DNA of 64,000 nucleotides from contig CAYVOI010000001.1 of assembly GCA_964453605.1 (NCBI GenBank), positions 484,095 to 548,094 on the forward strand. The letters run 5' to 3'. Source of the DNA: an uncultured Gammaproteobacteria bacterium (GTDB lineage: Bacteria; Patescibacteriota; Patescibacteriia; Veblenbacterales; UBA10138). Below the pieces are notes generated by a model. The model saw only the letters and a list, made by a program, of their open reading frames with translations, did not search any database and had not been told where the DNA came from. Shown here one piece after another: positions 7,718 to 17,642 of the stretch (its first letter is position 1; each line of letters starts with the position of its first letter). Made by a program: the position numbers and the translations under genes.

Positions 7718-8718
7718 CGCCCAACACGTTGATAGGGCATGCCCAGGTTGTTAGGTACCTCGACGGTGCTCGGCAGCGTAATGAGCTAGCACACGCCTAC
7801 CTGCTCCAGGGTCCGGAGCACGTGGGTAAGGCTACCCTCGTGCGTGAGTTTTTGCAGGGGCTCTTCTGTGAGGCCCCGCCAGTCCCGTGCGGTAGGTGTG
7901 CTGGCTGCTGCCACGTAGCAGCTGCTACGCACCCGGACGTGTGGTGGGTTCAAGTAACGGCTGGTAAAACGCAGGTAGGTATTGAGGACGTTCGTGAGCT
8001 CATTCGTTTTACCCAGCTGACCTCACTCACGGGGCCCTGGCGTGTGGTGGTGCTGCCGGACGTGGCCGCACTTACACCGGAAGCTGCTAACGCACTGCTC
8101 AAGGTGCTGGAGGAGCCTGGCCCGGGCGTACTCTTTTTTCTGCTTGACCACCACCACACGTCGGCACTTGCTACCCTCCGCTCTCGCTGTGTGCTCCTCG
8201 AGCTGGGCCCGGTGCCGGCGCGTGAGCTCGTGGCGGGTTTGCTGGCGCACGGCGTACCAGGAGCAGAGGCTGAGGAGCTTAGCCGCCTGGCCGCAGGACT
8301 CCCGGGGTTAGCCCTGAGCTTGTGGGCTGACCCGACCGTGCTGGAGCGCGCGTACGGTCTGGCTCAGGTATGTGTCAGTCTCTTTACCCCTGGTACATGG
8401 CCTACCTTCCAGCGCTTTATTGAAACTACCCACGGCCAGGCGGCCCGAGAAGGGGACAACCAGCCAGTCGAGGCCATGGCTACCGTGTCGGTATGGCTCG
8501 AGGTGGCGCGTGACGTGCTCCTGGTGCGCTTAGGCCTGCCGAGCGCCGTCCGTTACCAAAAGCTTGACCGCGAGCTACATGTAGTAGCAGAGCGCTACAG
8601 CGTGCTGAGCTTACTCAAGCTCTGTGGGCTCATGAGGCGGGCGTTGCAGAAGCTTCAGGCCAACGCTAACCCGCGCTTAACGCTGGAGTGGCTCGGGCTA
8701 AGCATTTCACACCTATGA
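7714..8718 (+). CDS. holB: DNA polymerase III delta' subunit
   Basis: N-terminus LAHAYLLQGPEHVGKAT is an AAA+ clamp-loader P-loop. The Zn module CGRCAGCCHVAAATHPD and ...SRCVLLEL (SRC) are delta'-like. It overlaps the upstream gene by 4 nt. Confidence 0.75.
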   Translation: MTPNTLIGHAQVVRYLDGARQRNELAHAYLLQGPEHVGKATLVREFLQGLFCEAPPVPCGRCAGCCHVAAATHPDVWWVQVTAGKTQVGIEDVRELIRFTQLTSLTGPWRVVVLPDVAALTPEAANALLKVLEEPGPGVLFFLLDHHHTSALATLRSRCVLLELGPVPARELVAGLLAHGVPGAEAEELSRLAAGLPGLALSLWADPTVLERAYGLAQVCVSLFTPGTWPTFQRFIETTHGQAAREGDNQPVEAMATVSVWLEVARDVLLVRLGLPSAVRYQKLDRELHVVAERYSVLSLLKLCGLMRRALQKLQANANPRLTLEWLGLSISHL

Positions 8719-9776
8719 GCCTGACTACCCACCGTGTACCCTGGCGTTGCGCCTTGGCGCTGTGCCTCACTGCCCTCGCGGGGGCGGGTTGCAGCGTGAG
8801 CTTTCGGGCGCAACCGGCTGATGGTGGTGTGTTCAGGTCAGCCGATCATGGCACCACCTGGCAGCAGACCGTGTTCGTGAGTAGGACCAAAGACAAGCTC
8901 GCTACCATTGGTGGCTTAGGCATTACCGAACTCCAGTTCTCGCCCCTCAACAGCTCAGTGCTCTACGCTGCGGCGGCTGAGGGCCGGCTCTACCGCAGTG
9001 AGAATAGGGCAGACCAGTGGACCAGAATTTTTAACGGCGAGGTGCGCTCCTTTGCACCCCACCCCACCGAGGCTTCGCACCTCTACCTCACCTCCCAGAA
9101 CCAGATTCTAGAGACAACTGACGGCGGCGCTACCTGGCAGGTTATCTACATTGAGGGTACAGTGGTCGCGCACATGAATACTATTGCCATCGACCGACAA
9201 AACCCTAAGGTACTCTACGCTGGTACTAGCCAGGGCTTGCTGCTCCGGAGTGTCGATGGCGGCAAGACGTGGCGGCTCCACCACACCTTTGAGCACCAGA
9301 ACATCAAGCGTATTGTGGTGAACCCTCACGACGGAAAAATTATGTACGTCGTATTTGGTTCAGGGGCGCTCTGGCGCTCGGCCGACGCTGGCAGCACCTG
9401 GGAAGACCTCACGGCTCGCCTGCGCGAGGTGCTGCAGCTCGAACCCGGTCCTGTGAAAGACCTGACCTTGCTGCCTAACCAGCCTGATGGCGTACTGCTC
9501 GCCACTCAGTACGGGCTCTTCCGTAGCTTTACCGGTGGTGGCTCGTGGGAGAACATTAAGCTGGTGACTGCACCCAACGCCGTTATCCTCAGTGCGCTGG
9601 GTGTCAGCCCTACCAACGAGCAGGCTATGTACTACAGCGCCGACGGAGCGTTCTACCGTACGACAGACAGCGGTAAGACGTGGCAGACCGTACCCCTACC
9701 GTCGCCACATCCAGCCACCAGCTTAGCTATCGAACCTAAAGCTGGCGCTGCCTTCTACCTCGGGTTTGCCTATTAA
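8715..9776 (+). CDS. BNR/Ycf48-like beta-propeller repeat lipoprotein
   Basis: Lipoprotein signal with lipobox LAGAGC. Repeated S/TxDxGxTW motifs: SADHGTTW, TTDGGATW, SVDGGKTW, SADAGSTW, TTDSGKTW. The start at 8715 overlaps the holB stop (ATGA). Confidence 0.55.
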   Translation: MSLTTHRVPWRCALALCLTALAGAGCSVSFRAQPADGGVFRSADHGTTWQQTVFVSRTKDKLATIGGLGITELQFSPLNSSVLYAAAAEGRLYRSENRADQWTRIFNGEVRSFAPHPTEASHLYLTSQNQILETTDGGATWQVIYIEGTVVAHMNTIAIDRQNPKVLYAGTSQGLLLRSVDGGKTWRLHHTFEHQNIKRIVVNPHDGKIMYVVFGSGALWRSADAGSTWEDLTARLREVLQLEPGPVKDLTLLPNQPDGVLLATQYGLFRSFTGGGSWENIKLVTAPNAVILSALGVSPTNEQAMYYSADGAFYRTTDSGKTWQTVPLPSPHPATSLAIEPKAGAAFYLGFAY

Positions 9777-9786
9777 CCTTTAGCGT

Positions 9787-10341
9787 ATGAACCAACACCT
9801 CGAGTTAGCTAAGCCCAAGTTTGCCAAAACGCTTGAACACTTTAAGGCTGAACTTGCTACCGTGCGTTCCGGGCGGGCTACCCCGTCTTTAGTGGAGCAC
9901 GTTAAAGTAGAAGCCTACGGCACGCTGACGCCGCTCATTGAGCTGGCCTCTATAACTGCACCCGAGCCAAAACTGGTGGTGGTGAGCCCGTGGGACAAGA
10001 ACATACTGAAAGATGTAGAGCGGGCGCTCCAGGCTGCTAACTTAGGCATGTCGCCGGTGGTAGATGGCACTATCATCCGTTTGAACCTGCCGGCGCTTAC
10101 TGAAGAACGCCGGCGTGAACTGGTAAAGCTGGTTAACGCTAAACATGAAGAAGCCAAGGGCACCATTCGGCGGGTGCGGGAAGACGTGCTTAAAGGTTTT
10201 AAAGACCAGAAAACCGATGGCAAGCTTCCTGAGGACGAGTTCTTTATGGTGCAGAAAGATCTCCAAAAGCTAGTGGACGAAATCAACACTCAGCTCAAAC
10301 AGCTGGCGGACGGCAAGGAAAAAGAGGTCATGACCATTTAG
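9787..10341 (+). CDS. frr: Ribosome recycling factor
   Basis: 184 aa. Conserved RRF segments VRSGRATPSLVEHVKVEAYG, LNLPALTEERRRELVK and RRVREDVLK. Confidence 0.9.
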   Translation: MNQHLELAKPKFAKTLEHFKAELATVRSGRATPSLVEHVKVEAYGTLTPLIELASITAPEPKLVVVSPWDKNILKDVERALQAANLGMSPVVDGTIIRLNLPALTEERRRELVKLVNAKHEEAKGTIRRVREDVLKGFKDQKTDGKLPEDEFFMVQKDLQKLVDEINTQLKQLADGKEKEVMTI

Positions 10342-10350
10342 GCTAGCAGC

Positions 10351-11451
10351 ATGGTGGTAACTATCTTGAGCTTCATAGCGCTCCTGGCGCTCCTGGTCCT
10401 GGCACACGAGTGGGGCCACTTTTTTGCTGCCCGCCGCTTAGGCGTGGGGGTAGAGGAGTTTGGTTTTGGTTTTCCACCGCGTATTGCAGGGTTCCGACGT
10501 GGCCAAACAACCTATACCGTAAACTGGGTACCCTTAGGCGGGTTTGTGAAGCTTAAAGGGGAGGCTGGTGGCGAACGCACAGCGGATAGTTTTGTAGTTC
10601 AGCCAGCCTGGCGCCGAGCAGTTATTCTGGTGGCAGGGGTGTTCATGAACGTGCTGTTGGCAGCCGCGCTCTTGGCGGTCGGGTTTATGGTTGGTTTCCC
10701 TGCCGTCCTGAGCGAAAACCAGGCTACACAGGCACGTAACGTACAGTTTGAGGTGGTCTCGGTAGCTCCTAGCTCTCCAGCTGCCCAGGCTGGGCTTCAG
10801 GCAGGGGATACCCTACTGACGGTTGATGGTAGGACCTTCCAGAGCGTGTCAGATTTTCAAGCGTACGTGGCAGTTCACAGGGCAAAGCCCGTAGGGGTTA
10901 CCTACCTCCATAACGGTAGTACCAAAACAGCCCAGCTGACGCCGCAGTCGCTCCCAGAAACCAATGGTCGCCCGGTGCTTGGTGTTGGATTACTGCCAAC
11001 AGGCATTATCACCTACCCGTGGTACCAGGCGCTTGGTAGAGGCGCTGCAGAAACTTGGCGTTTGGGCCGGGAGATTCTAGCGGCTTTCGGTAACCTGTTC
11101 CAAAACCTAATAGTACACCACGAGGTACCACAAAACGTAGCTGGGCCAATTGGCATTGCTGTAATCACCGGGCAAGTGGCACGTTTAGGTTTTATCTACC
11201 TTCTGCAATTTGCCGCTCTACTCTCACTCAATTTAGCCATCATAAACATTTTCCCATTCCCCGCGCTCGACGGTGGCAGGCTGCTCTTTGTTATCATAGA
11301 AAAGCTCCGGCGTAAGCCCAACAACGAGCGCGTGGTAGCTATTGTTCACCAAATCGGGTTTACCGTGCTAATTGCCCTCGTGCTCTTGGTAACCTACCGT
11401 GACGTGGCACGTTTGAGTGGAGATTTTTTTACGCGGCTCTGGGGCGCGTAA
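10351..11451 (+). CDS. rseP: RseP-type site-2 zinc metalloprotease with PDZ domain
   Basis: HEWGHFFAARRLGV (HExxH) in TM1, a central PDZ segment (GLQAGDTLLTVDG), and a C-terminal LDGG motif region. Confidence 0.85.
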   Translation: MVVTILSFIALLALLVLAHEWGHFFAARRLGVGVEEFGFGFPPRIAGFRRGQTTYTVNWVPLGGFVKLKGEAGGERTADSFVVQPAWRRAVILVAGVFMNVLLAAALLAVGFMVGFPAVLSENQATQARNVQFEVVSVAPSSPAAQAGLQAGDTLLTVDGRTFQSVSDFQAYVAVHRAKPVGVTYLHNGSTKTAQLTPQSLPETNGRPVLGVGLLPTGIITYPWYQALGRGAAETWRLGREILAAFGNLFQNLIVHHEVPQNVAGPIGIAVITGQVARLGFIYLLQFAALLSLNLAIINIFPFPALDGGRLLFVIIEKLRRKPNNERVVAIVHQIGFTVLIALVLLVTYRDVARLSGDFFTRLWGA

Positions 11452-11467
11452 ATCTACAAAGCATAAT

Positions 11468-13168
11468 CTAAGGGTTGTGGCGGCCGGCGTAGTGGAGCTC
11501 CAGCTCACGTAGGTGCTTTTGCTTATCCACCAGGAGCCGGTTGTGGTTTAGGTCCATTTGTCGGAGCAGGAGGCTCACGTGTTCACTCCCTAGGTAGTGG
11601 GGGAAAATCACATAGTCAGCGCCAGCGGCGTAGAGGTCACGGCAATCGTGCCAGGTTACCGCCGTTACGTAGACCGGGGTTTTAAGGCCTTGGTTTCTTA
11701 TGTTTTTAAGGAGTAGTAGGTTATCAGCTACGTCAGAGTTAGTAGAGATAACCATAGCGGCCTCAGGCACCCGAGCATGAGTGAGAATATCCACATCAGT
11801 CATGTCGCCGTAAAGGCAAGGTTTAGCCTGGGCAGTTAAACGGCTAATGACCGAGGGGTTAAAATCTATAACCAGCGTAGGCTTGTGCAGCTCCTCGAGT
11901 GTAATGAGCAGCCGTTCGCCCAAACGGTGGTAGCCAATCAAAACCACGTGGTTCGAAATGGCACCCGCGGTCTGTTCGGGTACGCCTCCGGCACCACCAC
12001 GCTCAAACCAAGAGAGCATAGGCTTAAGCCAGCGGTAGAACGTTTCGGCATGTGAAATGGTGAACGACATTACAGTGATGGTAACAGCCCCGACTGCCGT
12101 TACCAAAGCCACCTCATTGGGGGTTACCTGCCCCAAGCGTAAACCCATGCCCATAACAATGAACGAGAACTCAGAAATCATACCTACCGTAAGCCCCACC
12201 ATAAAGCTCGTACGCTTGCGGTAGCCTAAACTGCCCATCAGCGCCAGCACAATAAGGGGGTTGCCAACCAGCACAAACAGTACCAGCGCCCAGAAGAGCG
12301 GCTGATTGCTACCCAACCCCGCAAAGCTTAATTGGCTACCCAGGGCAATAAAAAACAAGGTAATAAAGAAATCTCGAAGGCTTCTCATGCGCGCCGAAAT
12401 TTCTAAGTTGTAGGGGAGTGAAGCCAAGCTCACCCCAGCTAGAAACGCGCCAATTTCAACTGAGAACCCGAGCGACAGGCTATTGAGCGCCACCACCAAA
12501 CACCAAGACAACGCCGCTAGTAACAGGAGTTCGGGTGAGCGTGCCAGTTTGGTGAACAGCGCAGGGAGTAATAAGCGGCTGACGATGAACGTACTTAAAA
12601 TCAGCAGTAACCCGCGCCCCAGAGCCTCAAATGCACCGCCAGCGCTCCAAACGTTCGTAGCCGCAGCGGAAGAGAGCACAATGAGTATCAGTATGGCTAC
12701 TGCGTCCTGCAGCAGCAGCATGCTTAAGGTAAGCCTGCCGGATAGGGAATCAAGTTCGTTGCGCTCAGCCAGAAGCTTGATAACAATAATGGTACTGGAG
12801 AAGGCCAAGCTCAAAGACACGTACCAGGCAGCAATGTTCCCCAGGCCGAATGAACGTACGAGCAGGTAACCTATAGCGGCAGTCAGGAGCACCTGACCCA
12901 GGCCAACAAGTGGCGCAGAGCGCCCCAGGGCTTTAAGCCTATTGAGGTCAAGCTCAATGCCTACCAAGAACAGTAGAAATGCAATGCCGAAGGTGGAAAG
13001 CGTGCTGAGTAAGGTGCCAACCGGAATCAAGTTCAGTGCACTGGGACCTAAAACCACGCCGACCAAGAGGTACGCTAGGACCGTAGGTTGTTTCAGGTGG
13101 TGAAACACAATCGCCACTGCCGTGGCCAGAACAATCAGCAGGCTGAGCTGGAAAAATGTGTCCCCCAT
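11468..13168 (-). CDS. CPA2-family monovalent cation:proton antiporter (KefB/KefC-like) with C-terminal RCK/TrkA-N domain
   Basis: 566 aa. About 12 TM helices followed by a Rossmann-type VVLIGYHRLGERLLITL segment, typical of the KefB/KefC TrkA-N domain. Confidence 0.8.
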   Translation of the reverse strand: MGDTFFQLSLLIVLATAVAIVFHHLKQPTVLAYLLVGVVLGPSALNLIPVGTLLSTLSTFGIAFLLFLVGIELDLNRLKALGRSAPLVGLGQVLLTAAIGYLLVRSFGLGNIAAWYVSLSLAFSSTIIVIKLLAERNELDSLSGRLTLSMLLLQDAVAILILIVLSSAAATNVWSAGGAFEALGRGLLLILSTFIVSRLLLPALFTKLARSPELLLLAALSWCLVVALNSLSLGFSVEIGAFLAGVSLASLPYNLEISARMRSLRDFFITLFFIALGSQLSFAGLGSNQPLFWALVLFVLVGNPLIVLALMGSLGYRKRTSFMVGLTVGMISEFSFIVMGMGLRLGQVTPNEVALVTAVGAVTITVMSFTISHAETFYRWLKPMLSWFERGGAGGVPEQTAGAISNHVVLIGYHRLGERLLITLEELHKPTLVIDFNPSVISRLTAQAKPCLYGDMTDVDILTHARVPEAAMVISTNSDVADNLLLLKNIRNQGLKTPVYVTAVTWHDCRDLYAAGADYVIFPHYLGSEHVSLLLRQMDLNHNRLLVDKQKHLRELELHYAGRHNP

Positions 13169-13204
13169 AGTACCTGCCAGTATAGCATAGGCTACGCTAT
13201 TTTA

Positions 13205-13233
13205 TTGAAATTGTGTTCCATTTATGGTATACT
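13205..13233 (+). promoter_or_regulatory. Sigma70-type promoter (TTGAAA, 17 nt spacer, TGgTATACT) for the 13248-16765 operon; it lies divergent to the antiporter gene
   Basis: TTGAAA at 13205-13210, extended -10 TGGTATACT at 13225-13233, ATG at 13248. Confidence 0.45.
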
Positions 13234-13247
13234 GGTCGTACTCTAGT

Positions 13248-13700
13248 ATGCCAGAAATACAACCACGAGCACCAGAACGTGGCTTGCCCGCCCCAGAAGC
13301 CTTGCCTGAGAAATTTGAGCAGCAAAGCCCAGAGGGCAGCAAACCGCCGCAGCCCAAGGCTGCGGCTCAGGCTACGGAAGTTGCCCTGCCTACAGCGCCC
13401 GCTGCGCCCCCGACCCAAGCTCGTAGCTTAAGCCCGCTAGAGCGTCGCATAGAAGACGTTTTGGCTGATGGGCTAGAGGATTTTTATCGAAGTTTGAATC
13501 CAAGAGAACAAGAGGCGTTTAGGCGTAAGGGTGAAGAAACTGCCGTAGCTATTAGTACGTTGTTAGGGCAGTTCAAGGTCAAGCTGAGTGAGATATTAAA
13601 CCTGATTCGCGAGTGGCTGCAGAGCATTCCAGGGCTCAACCGCTATTTTGTGGAGCAGACCGCCAAGATAAAAGCCGATAGGGTGCTGAAGCTTAAGTAA
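13248..13700 (+). CDS. Hypothetical protein: Pro/Ala-rich N-terminus, helical C-terminus
   Basis: ORF directly upstream of the T4CP-like gene with a 9-nt gap. The start at 13248 is chosen from the promoter position; the track ORF begins at 13224. Confidence 0.45.
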   Translation: MPEIQPRAPERGLPAPEALPEKFEQQSPEGSKPPQPKAAAQATEVALPTAPAAPPTQARSLSPLERRIEDVLADGLEDFYRSLNPREQEAFRRKGEETAVAISTLLGQFKVKLSEILNLIREWLQSIPGLNRYFVEQTAKIKADRVLKLK

Positions 13701-13708
13701 CTTTCCCT

Positions 13709-16216
13709 GTGCCCGCACTACCTAGTATTCCGTTTTTGACTAGCCCACTACTCTGGGTGTTTCTGCTCGTAGCCGCCTTAGTCGTAGGGGCTCTGTTTAT
13801 AGCGCGTTGGTTTTGGCATCGCTTGGTGGCCGTGCAGGCTAGTTTAGGTATGTCGGTACTCTTGGTGCGCGTTCCCCGCGAGAGTGGGAACTTAAGCGCG
13901 GACAAAGAGCGCGTTACCCAGAACAGCCTCCAAGAACAGATTGGCGTAGCTGAAGTACTGTGGTCGGCGGTGGGGGGCCTCAGGGCTCAACACGGAGTAG
14001 TCGCTTGGTTTAAGGGTCGCACGGACCACCTGTCGCTCGAGTTGGTGGCACACGGCGGGCTCATTTCCTACTACCTGGCTGTGCCGCAAGCCTTACGAAC
14101 GTTTGTGGAACAACAAGTACTCGCCCAGTACCCGCACGCGACCTTAGAGGAAGTTCCCGACTACAACATTTTCCCACCGCGGGGTGTTACCGCGGCGGCC
14201 GGGTTAAAGTTTAGCCGTTCTGGCGCTTTCCCCCTTAAAACCTATAAGCAGTTTGAAAGCGACCCGCTTAACGCTATCACGAACACCTTAGCTAAGGTCG
14301 CGCCGGCTGATGGTGCCGCGGTCCAGTTGGTAGTGCGTTCGGCGCCGGCTTCGTGGCGCCGTAACGGCGTGGAGCTGGCTTCGCGCATGCAGCAGGGCAA
14401 GTCCCTGGACGAAGCCCAGAGCAGAGGTTTCAGTAAGCTGATGAGGGACTTTGTACCTTCAAACAAACACCATGATAAAACCAAGGGCGCCACCAAAGAA
14501 CCACACAAGCTCTCGCCCTTAGAAGAGGAGATGATCAAAGGAATCGAGCAGAAAGCCTCCAAAGCCGGGCTGGACGTTACCTGCCGTGTGGTAGCTTCAG
14601 GCCCAACCAAAGAACAGGCGCAGCAGAACTTATCTAACCTGATGAACTCGTTTGGCCAGTTTAACATTTACCAGTACGGTAACCGTTTGGTACCAGTGCA
14701 CCCCGGAAACCTGGACCGGTTCTTGTATGGGTTTATCCATCGTACCTTTGACGAACGCCATAAGCTGCTCCTCAACGCGGAGGAACTGGCAAGCTTTTAC
14801 CACTTTCCTCTGCCGACCAGCGAGACGCCGAACGTACGCTGGCTAGCAGCTAAGCGAGCCGAGGCCCCTGTGAATATTCCAACTGAGGGGTTGGTACTAG
14901 GTAGTAGTTCGTACCGTGGTGTTACTACCACTATTCGCATTAAACCTGAGGACCGTAGGCGCCACGTGTACATTGTTGGTAAGTCTGGTACTGGTAAGTC
15001 AGTGTTACTTGAGAACATGATTATTCAAGATGTGAAAGAGGGGAGAGGGGTAGGCGTGGTCGACCCTCATGGTGACCTAGTGGAACACATTTTGGCGAAC
15101 GTACCCGCCGCCCGAGCCGAGGACATAATTGTATTCGACCCATCTGACACGGAACGCCCCATGGGCCTTAACATGCTGGAGTACCACGACGAGGCCCAGA
15201 AAGACTTTGCCGTGCAAGAGATGATAGCCATTTTCTACAAACTGTTCCCGCCGGAAATGGTAGGGCCCATGTTTGAGCACAACATGCGGAACGTCATGCT
15301 GACCTTGATGGCCGACACCGAACACCCTGGCACTATTGCCGACATCCCCCGCATGTTCACCGACCCTGCCTTCCAGAAGTACAAGGTGGCTAAGCTCAAA
15401 GACCCGGTGGTACGGGCGTTCTGGGAAAAGGAGATGGCTAAGACCTCGGACTTTCATAAGTCAGAGATGCTGGGGTACCTTATTTCTAAGGTTGGGCGTT
15501 TTGTGGAGAACGAGATGATGCGCAACATTATTGGTCAGCCTAAGAGTGGATTTGATTTCCGTGAAGTTATGGACAAAGGCAAGGTGCTGCTCGTCAACCT
15601 CTCTAAAGGGAAGACAGGCGAGGTCAACTCTTCGCTGTTGGGGCTCATTATTGTCTCTAAGCTCCAAATGGCTGCCATGGCCAGGGCAGAGCTGCCTGAG
15701 AGCGAACGCAAGGACTTTTACCTCTACATAGACGAGTTCCAGAATTTTATTACCGATTCAATTTCGACCATTCTCTCCGAAGCTCGCAAGTACCGCCTTA
15801 ACCTGACCATTGCTCACCAGTACCTGGGACAACTCGTGCAAGAGGGGAACAACACCAAGATACGTGACGCCGTGATGGGTACCACCGGAACCATGATCGC
15901 CTTTAAAATAGGCGCGGAGGATGCTGACGCACTAGCCAAGGAGTTTGCGCCCGTGTTTACGGCCTATGACCTCATAAACATTGAGCAGTACAACGCCTAC
16001 GTTAAGCTGCTCATTGATAACGCCGCCTCCCGCCCGTTCAATATGCAAACCCTGCCCCCGAACCCCGGAGTACCTGAGCTTGCGCAAAAGCTCAAGGCGC
16101 TGTCCCGTGCTCGCTATGGGCGTCCCAGGGCTGAGGTACAAGCAGATATAATGGCCCGTACACGCCTTGGTGAGCCCTCAACACAAGCAACGGTGGCTCC
16201 TGAAGCTACACGCTAG
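13709..16216 (+). CDS. Type IV secretion coupling protein-like ATPase (TrwB/TraD/VirD4 family, FtsK/HerA superfamily)
   Basis: 835 aa with one N-terminal TM. Walker A block GKSGTGKSVLLENMIIQDVKEGRGVGVVDPHGDL parallels TrwB GATGTGKSVLLRELAYTGLLRGDRMVIVDPNGDM. Walker B is LYIDEFQNF. Confidence 0.7.
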   Translation: MPALPSIPFLTSPLLWVFLLVAALVVGALFIARWFWHRLVAVQASLGMSVLLVRVPRESGNLSADKERVTQNSLQEQIGVAEVLWSAVGGLRAQHGVVAWFKGRTDHLSLELVAHGGLISYYLAVPQALRTFVEQQVLAQYPHATLEEVPDYNIFPPRGVTAAAGLKFSRSGAFPLKTYKQFESDPLNAITNTLAKVAPADGAAVQLVVRSAPASWRRNGVELASRMQQGKSLDEAQSRGFSKLMRDFVPSNKHHDKTKGATKEPHKLSPLEEEMIKGIEQKASKAGLDVTCRVVASGPTKEQAQQNLSNLMNSFGQFNIYQYGNRLVPVHPGNLDRFLYGFIHRTFDERHKLLLNAEELASFYHFPLPTSETPNVRWLAAKRAEAPVNIPTEGLVLGSSSYRGVTTTIRIKPEDRRRHVYIVGKSGTGKSVLLENMIIQDVKEGRGVGVVDPHGDLVEHILANVPAARAEDIIVFDPSDTERPMGLNMLEYHDEAQKDFAVQEMIAIFYKLFPPEMVGPMFEHNMRNVMLTLMADTEHPGTIADIPRMFTDPAFQKYKVAKLKDPVVRAFWEKEMAKTSDFHKSEMLGYLISKVGRFVENEMMRNIIGQPKSGFDFREVMDKGKVLLVNLSKGKTGEVNSSLLGLIIVSKLQMAAMARAELPESERKDFYLYIDEFQNFITDSISTILSEARKYRLNLTIAHQYLGQLVQEGNNTKIRDAVMGTTGTMIAFKIGAEDADALAKEFAPVFTAYDLINIEQYNAYVKLLIDNAASRPFNMQTLPPNPGVPELAQKLKALSRARYGRPRAEVQADIMARTRLGEPSTQATVAPEATR

Positions 16217-16225
16217 GGTAGCGTT

Positions 16226-16765
16226 ATGGCACCAGGTATTCTACTACTGGCCCTCTTTGTGATGGTGCTGGCTACCTTTGGTACGCTGGCCTATGGGGCG
16301 CTATCGGCGGCACCCTGGGTGCCTTTAGGCAAACGTGACACCGACCGCCTATTGCACCTGGCACAACTTAAGCCTGGTGAGGTGCTCTACGATTTAGGCT
16401 GTGGTGACGGTAGGTTGGTGGTAGCGGCAGCTAAGGTATACGGCGTTAAGGCTGTGGGGTTTGAAATCGCACTTCTGCCCTACCTATTCGCAAAACTTAG
16501 AGTCCTGCTTAGCGGTACTAGTACACTTGTTACCATACGGTATAAAGATTTTTGGCAGGAGAACTTCCGCACCGCTGATGCTGTGGTTTGTTTCCTCACG
16601 CCGTACGCGCTCAAGAAACTCGAACAAAAAATTCCCGCCGAGCTTAAACCGGGCGCTCGCTTTGTGTCCTATGCCTTTAAGCTTAAACCCGTAGCACCAA
16701 CCCTTACGAGTAAACCTTACCCTACGGCAACTCCCATTTACCTGTACACTAAAATTGTGCAGTAG
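16226..16765 (+). CDS. Class I SAM-dependent methyltransferase, membrane-anchored
   Basis: N-terminal TM, then motif I VLYDLGCGDGRLVV and downstream acidic-loop motifs. Confidence 0.6.
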   Translation: MAPGILLLALFVMVLATFGTLAYGALSAAPWVPLGKRDTDRLLHLAQLKPGEVLYDLGCGDGRLVVAAAKVYGVKAVGFEIALLPYLFAKLRVLLSGTSTLVTIRYKDFWQENFRTADAVVCFLTPYALKKLEQKIPAELKPGARFVSYAFKLKPVAPTLTSKPYPTATPIYLYTKIVQ

Positions 16766-16790
16766 GGTAGAGCTTGTGGATAGTTTTGAG

Positions 16791-16820
16791 TTGACCCGCC
16801 CACTGGCCTCTCGCTATACT
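16791..16820 (+). promoter_or_regulatory. Candidate promoter (TTGACC, 18 nt spacer, TATACT)
   Basis: TTGACC at 16791-16796 and TATACT at 16815-16820, upstream of the 16896 gene. Confidence 0.35.
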
Positions 16821-16895
16821 GTGGGGTAGGTAACACAACCTAAATGCTAAAAGCCCTGGGGCCCCTGCCCAGTGACACCAAAGGAAAACACACGT

Positions 16896-17627
16896 ATGCC
16901 AAATGACAGTAAACTTTCACTCGTGTACCAGTTGGTTGAGGCCGCGCGCAACAACCTTGAAACTGCTACACAGCTTTTAAGTTCCCTGGGCGCTGGTAGC
17001 GACGGTACGCCTTCTGCATCCATGAAAGCCCACCCAGGTGGTAGTGTACAGCACACGGAGGCAGGCGCGGTTATTATTGAGGGCGTGTTCGACGGGCAGA
17101 ACATGGTTGGCCCAGACGGTAAACTCTATAGCGTGCCAGCTAACTACGCTTCAAAATCCAAACTGGTTGAGGGTGACCTCTTGAAACTGACCATTAGCCC
17201 TGACGGATCATTTATCTATAAACAGATTGGCCCGGTTGAACGCGACCGGGTGGTCGGCGTGCTGGCGCATGATGACGAAACTGACGAGTACCGTGTTCTC
17301 GCCAAAGGCAAATTCTACAAAATACTGCTCGCCAGTGTAACCTACTTTAAAGCCGACGTCGGGGACGAAGTGGTGGTACTGGTGCCTAAGGGCACCACCT
17401 CATCGTGGGCAGCTGTGGAAAACGTTATGAAGAAGAACAGCCCCACGCCGCTAGCTACCATGTCTCCCGCGACTGCAACCCACACGGTAGCTATACCTGA
17501 GGCTACACCAGTAGCACCTATCCGCCGCGGCCCGGGCCGGCCACGTAAGAACCCGGTGGCCCCTACCGCAGCCAAGGCAGAGGGCACATCGGCGCAGCCT
17601 GCCCCGCCACCGGGTATTGATTTCTAA
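16896..17627 (+). CDS. Hypothetical protein with C-terminal AT-hook (RRGPGRPRKNP)
   Basis: ORF with GGAA ribosome-binding site before the ATG at 16896; the track ORF starts at a GTG at 16872. The C-terminal GRP core flanked by basic residues is an AT-hook DNA-binding motif. Confidence 0.5.
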   Translation: MPNDSKLSLVYQLVEAARNNLETATQLLSSLGAGSDGTPSASMKAHPGGSVQHTEAGAVIIEGVFDGQNMVGPDGKLYSVPANYASKSKLVEGDLLKLTISPDGSFIYKQIGPVERDRVVGVLAHDDETDEYRVLAKGKFYKILLASVTYFKADVGDEVVVLVPKGTTSSWAAVENVMKKNSPTPLATMSPATATHTVAIPEATPVAPIRRGPGRPRKNPVAPTAAKAEGTSAQPAPPPGIDF

Positions 17628-17642
17628 GCTTTTTCTAGGGCC

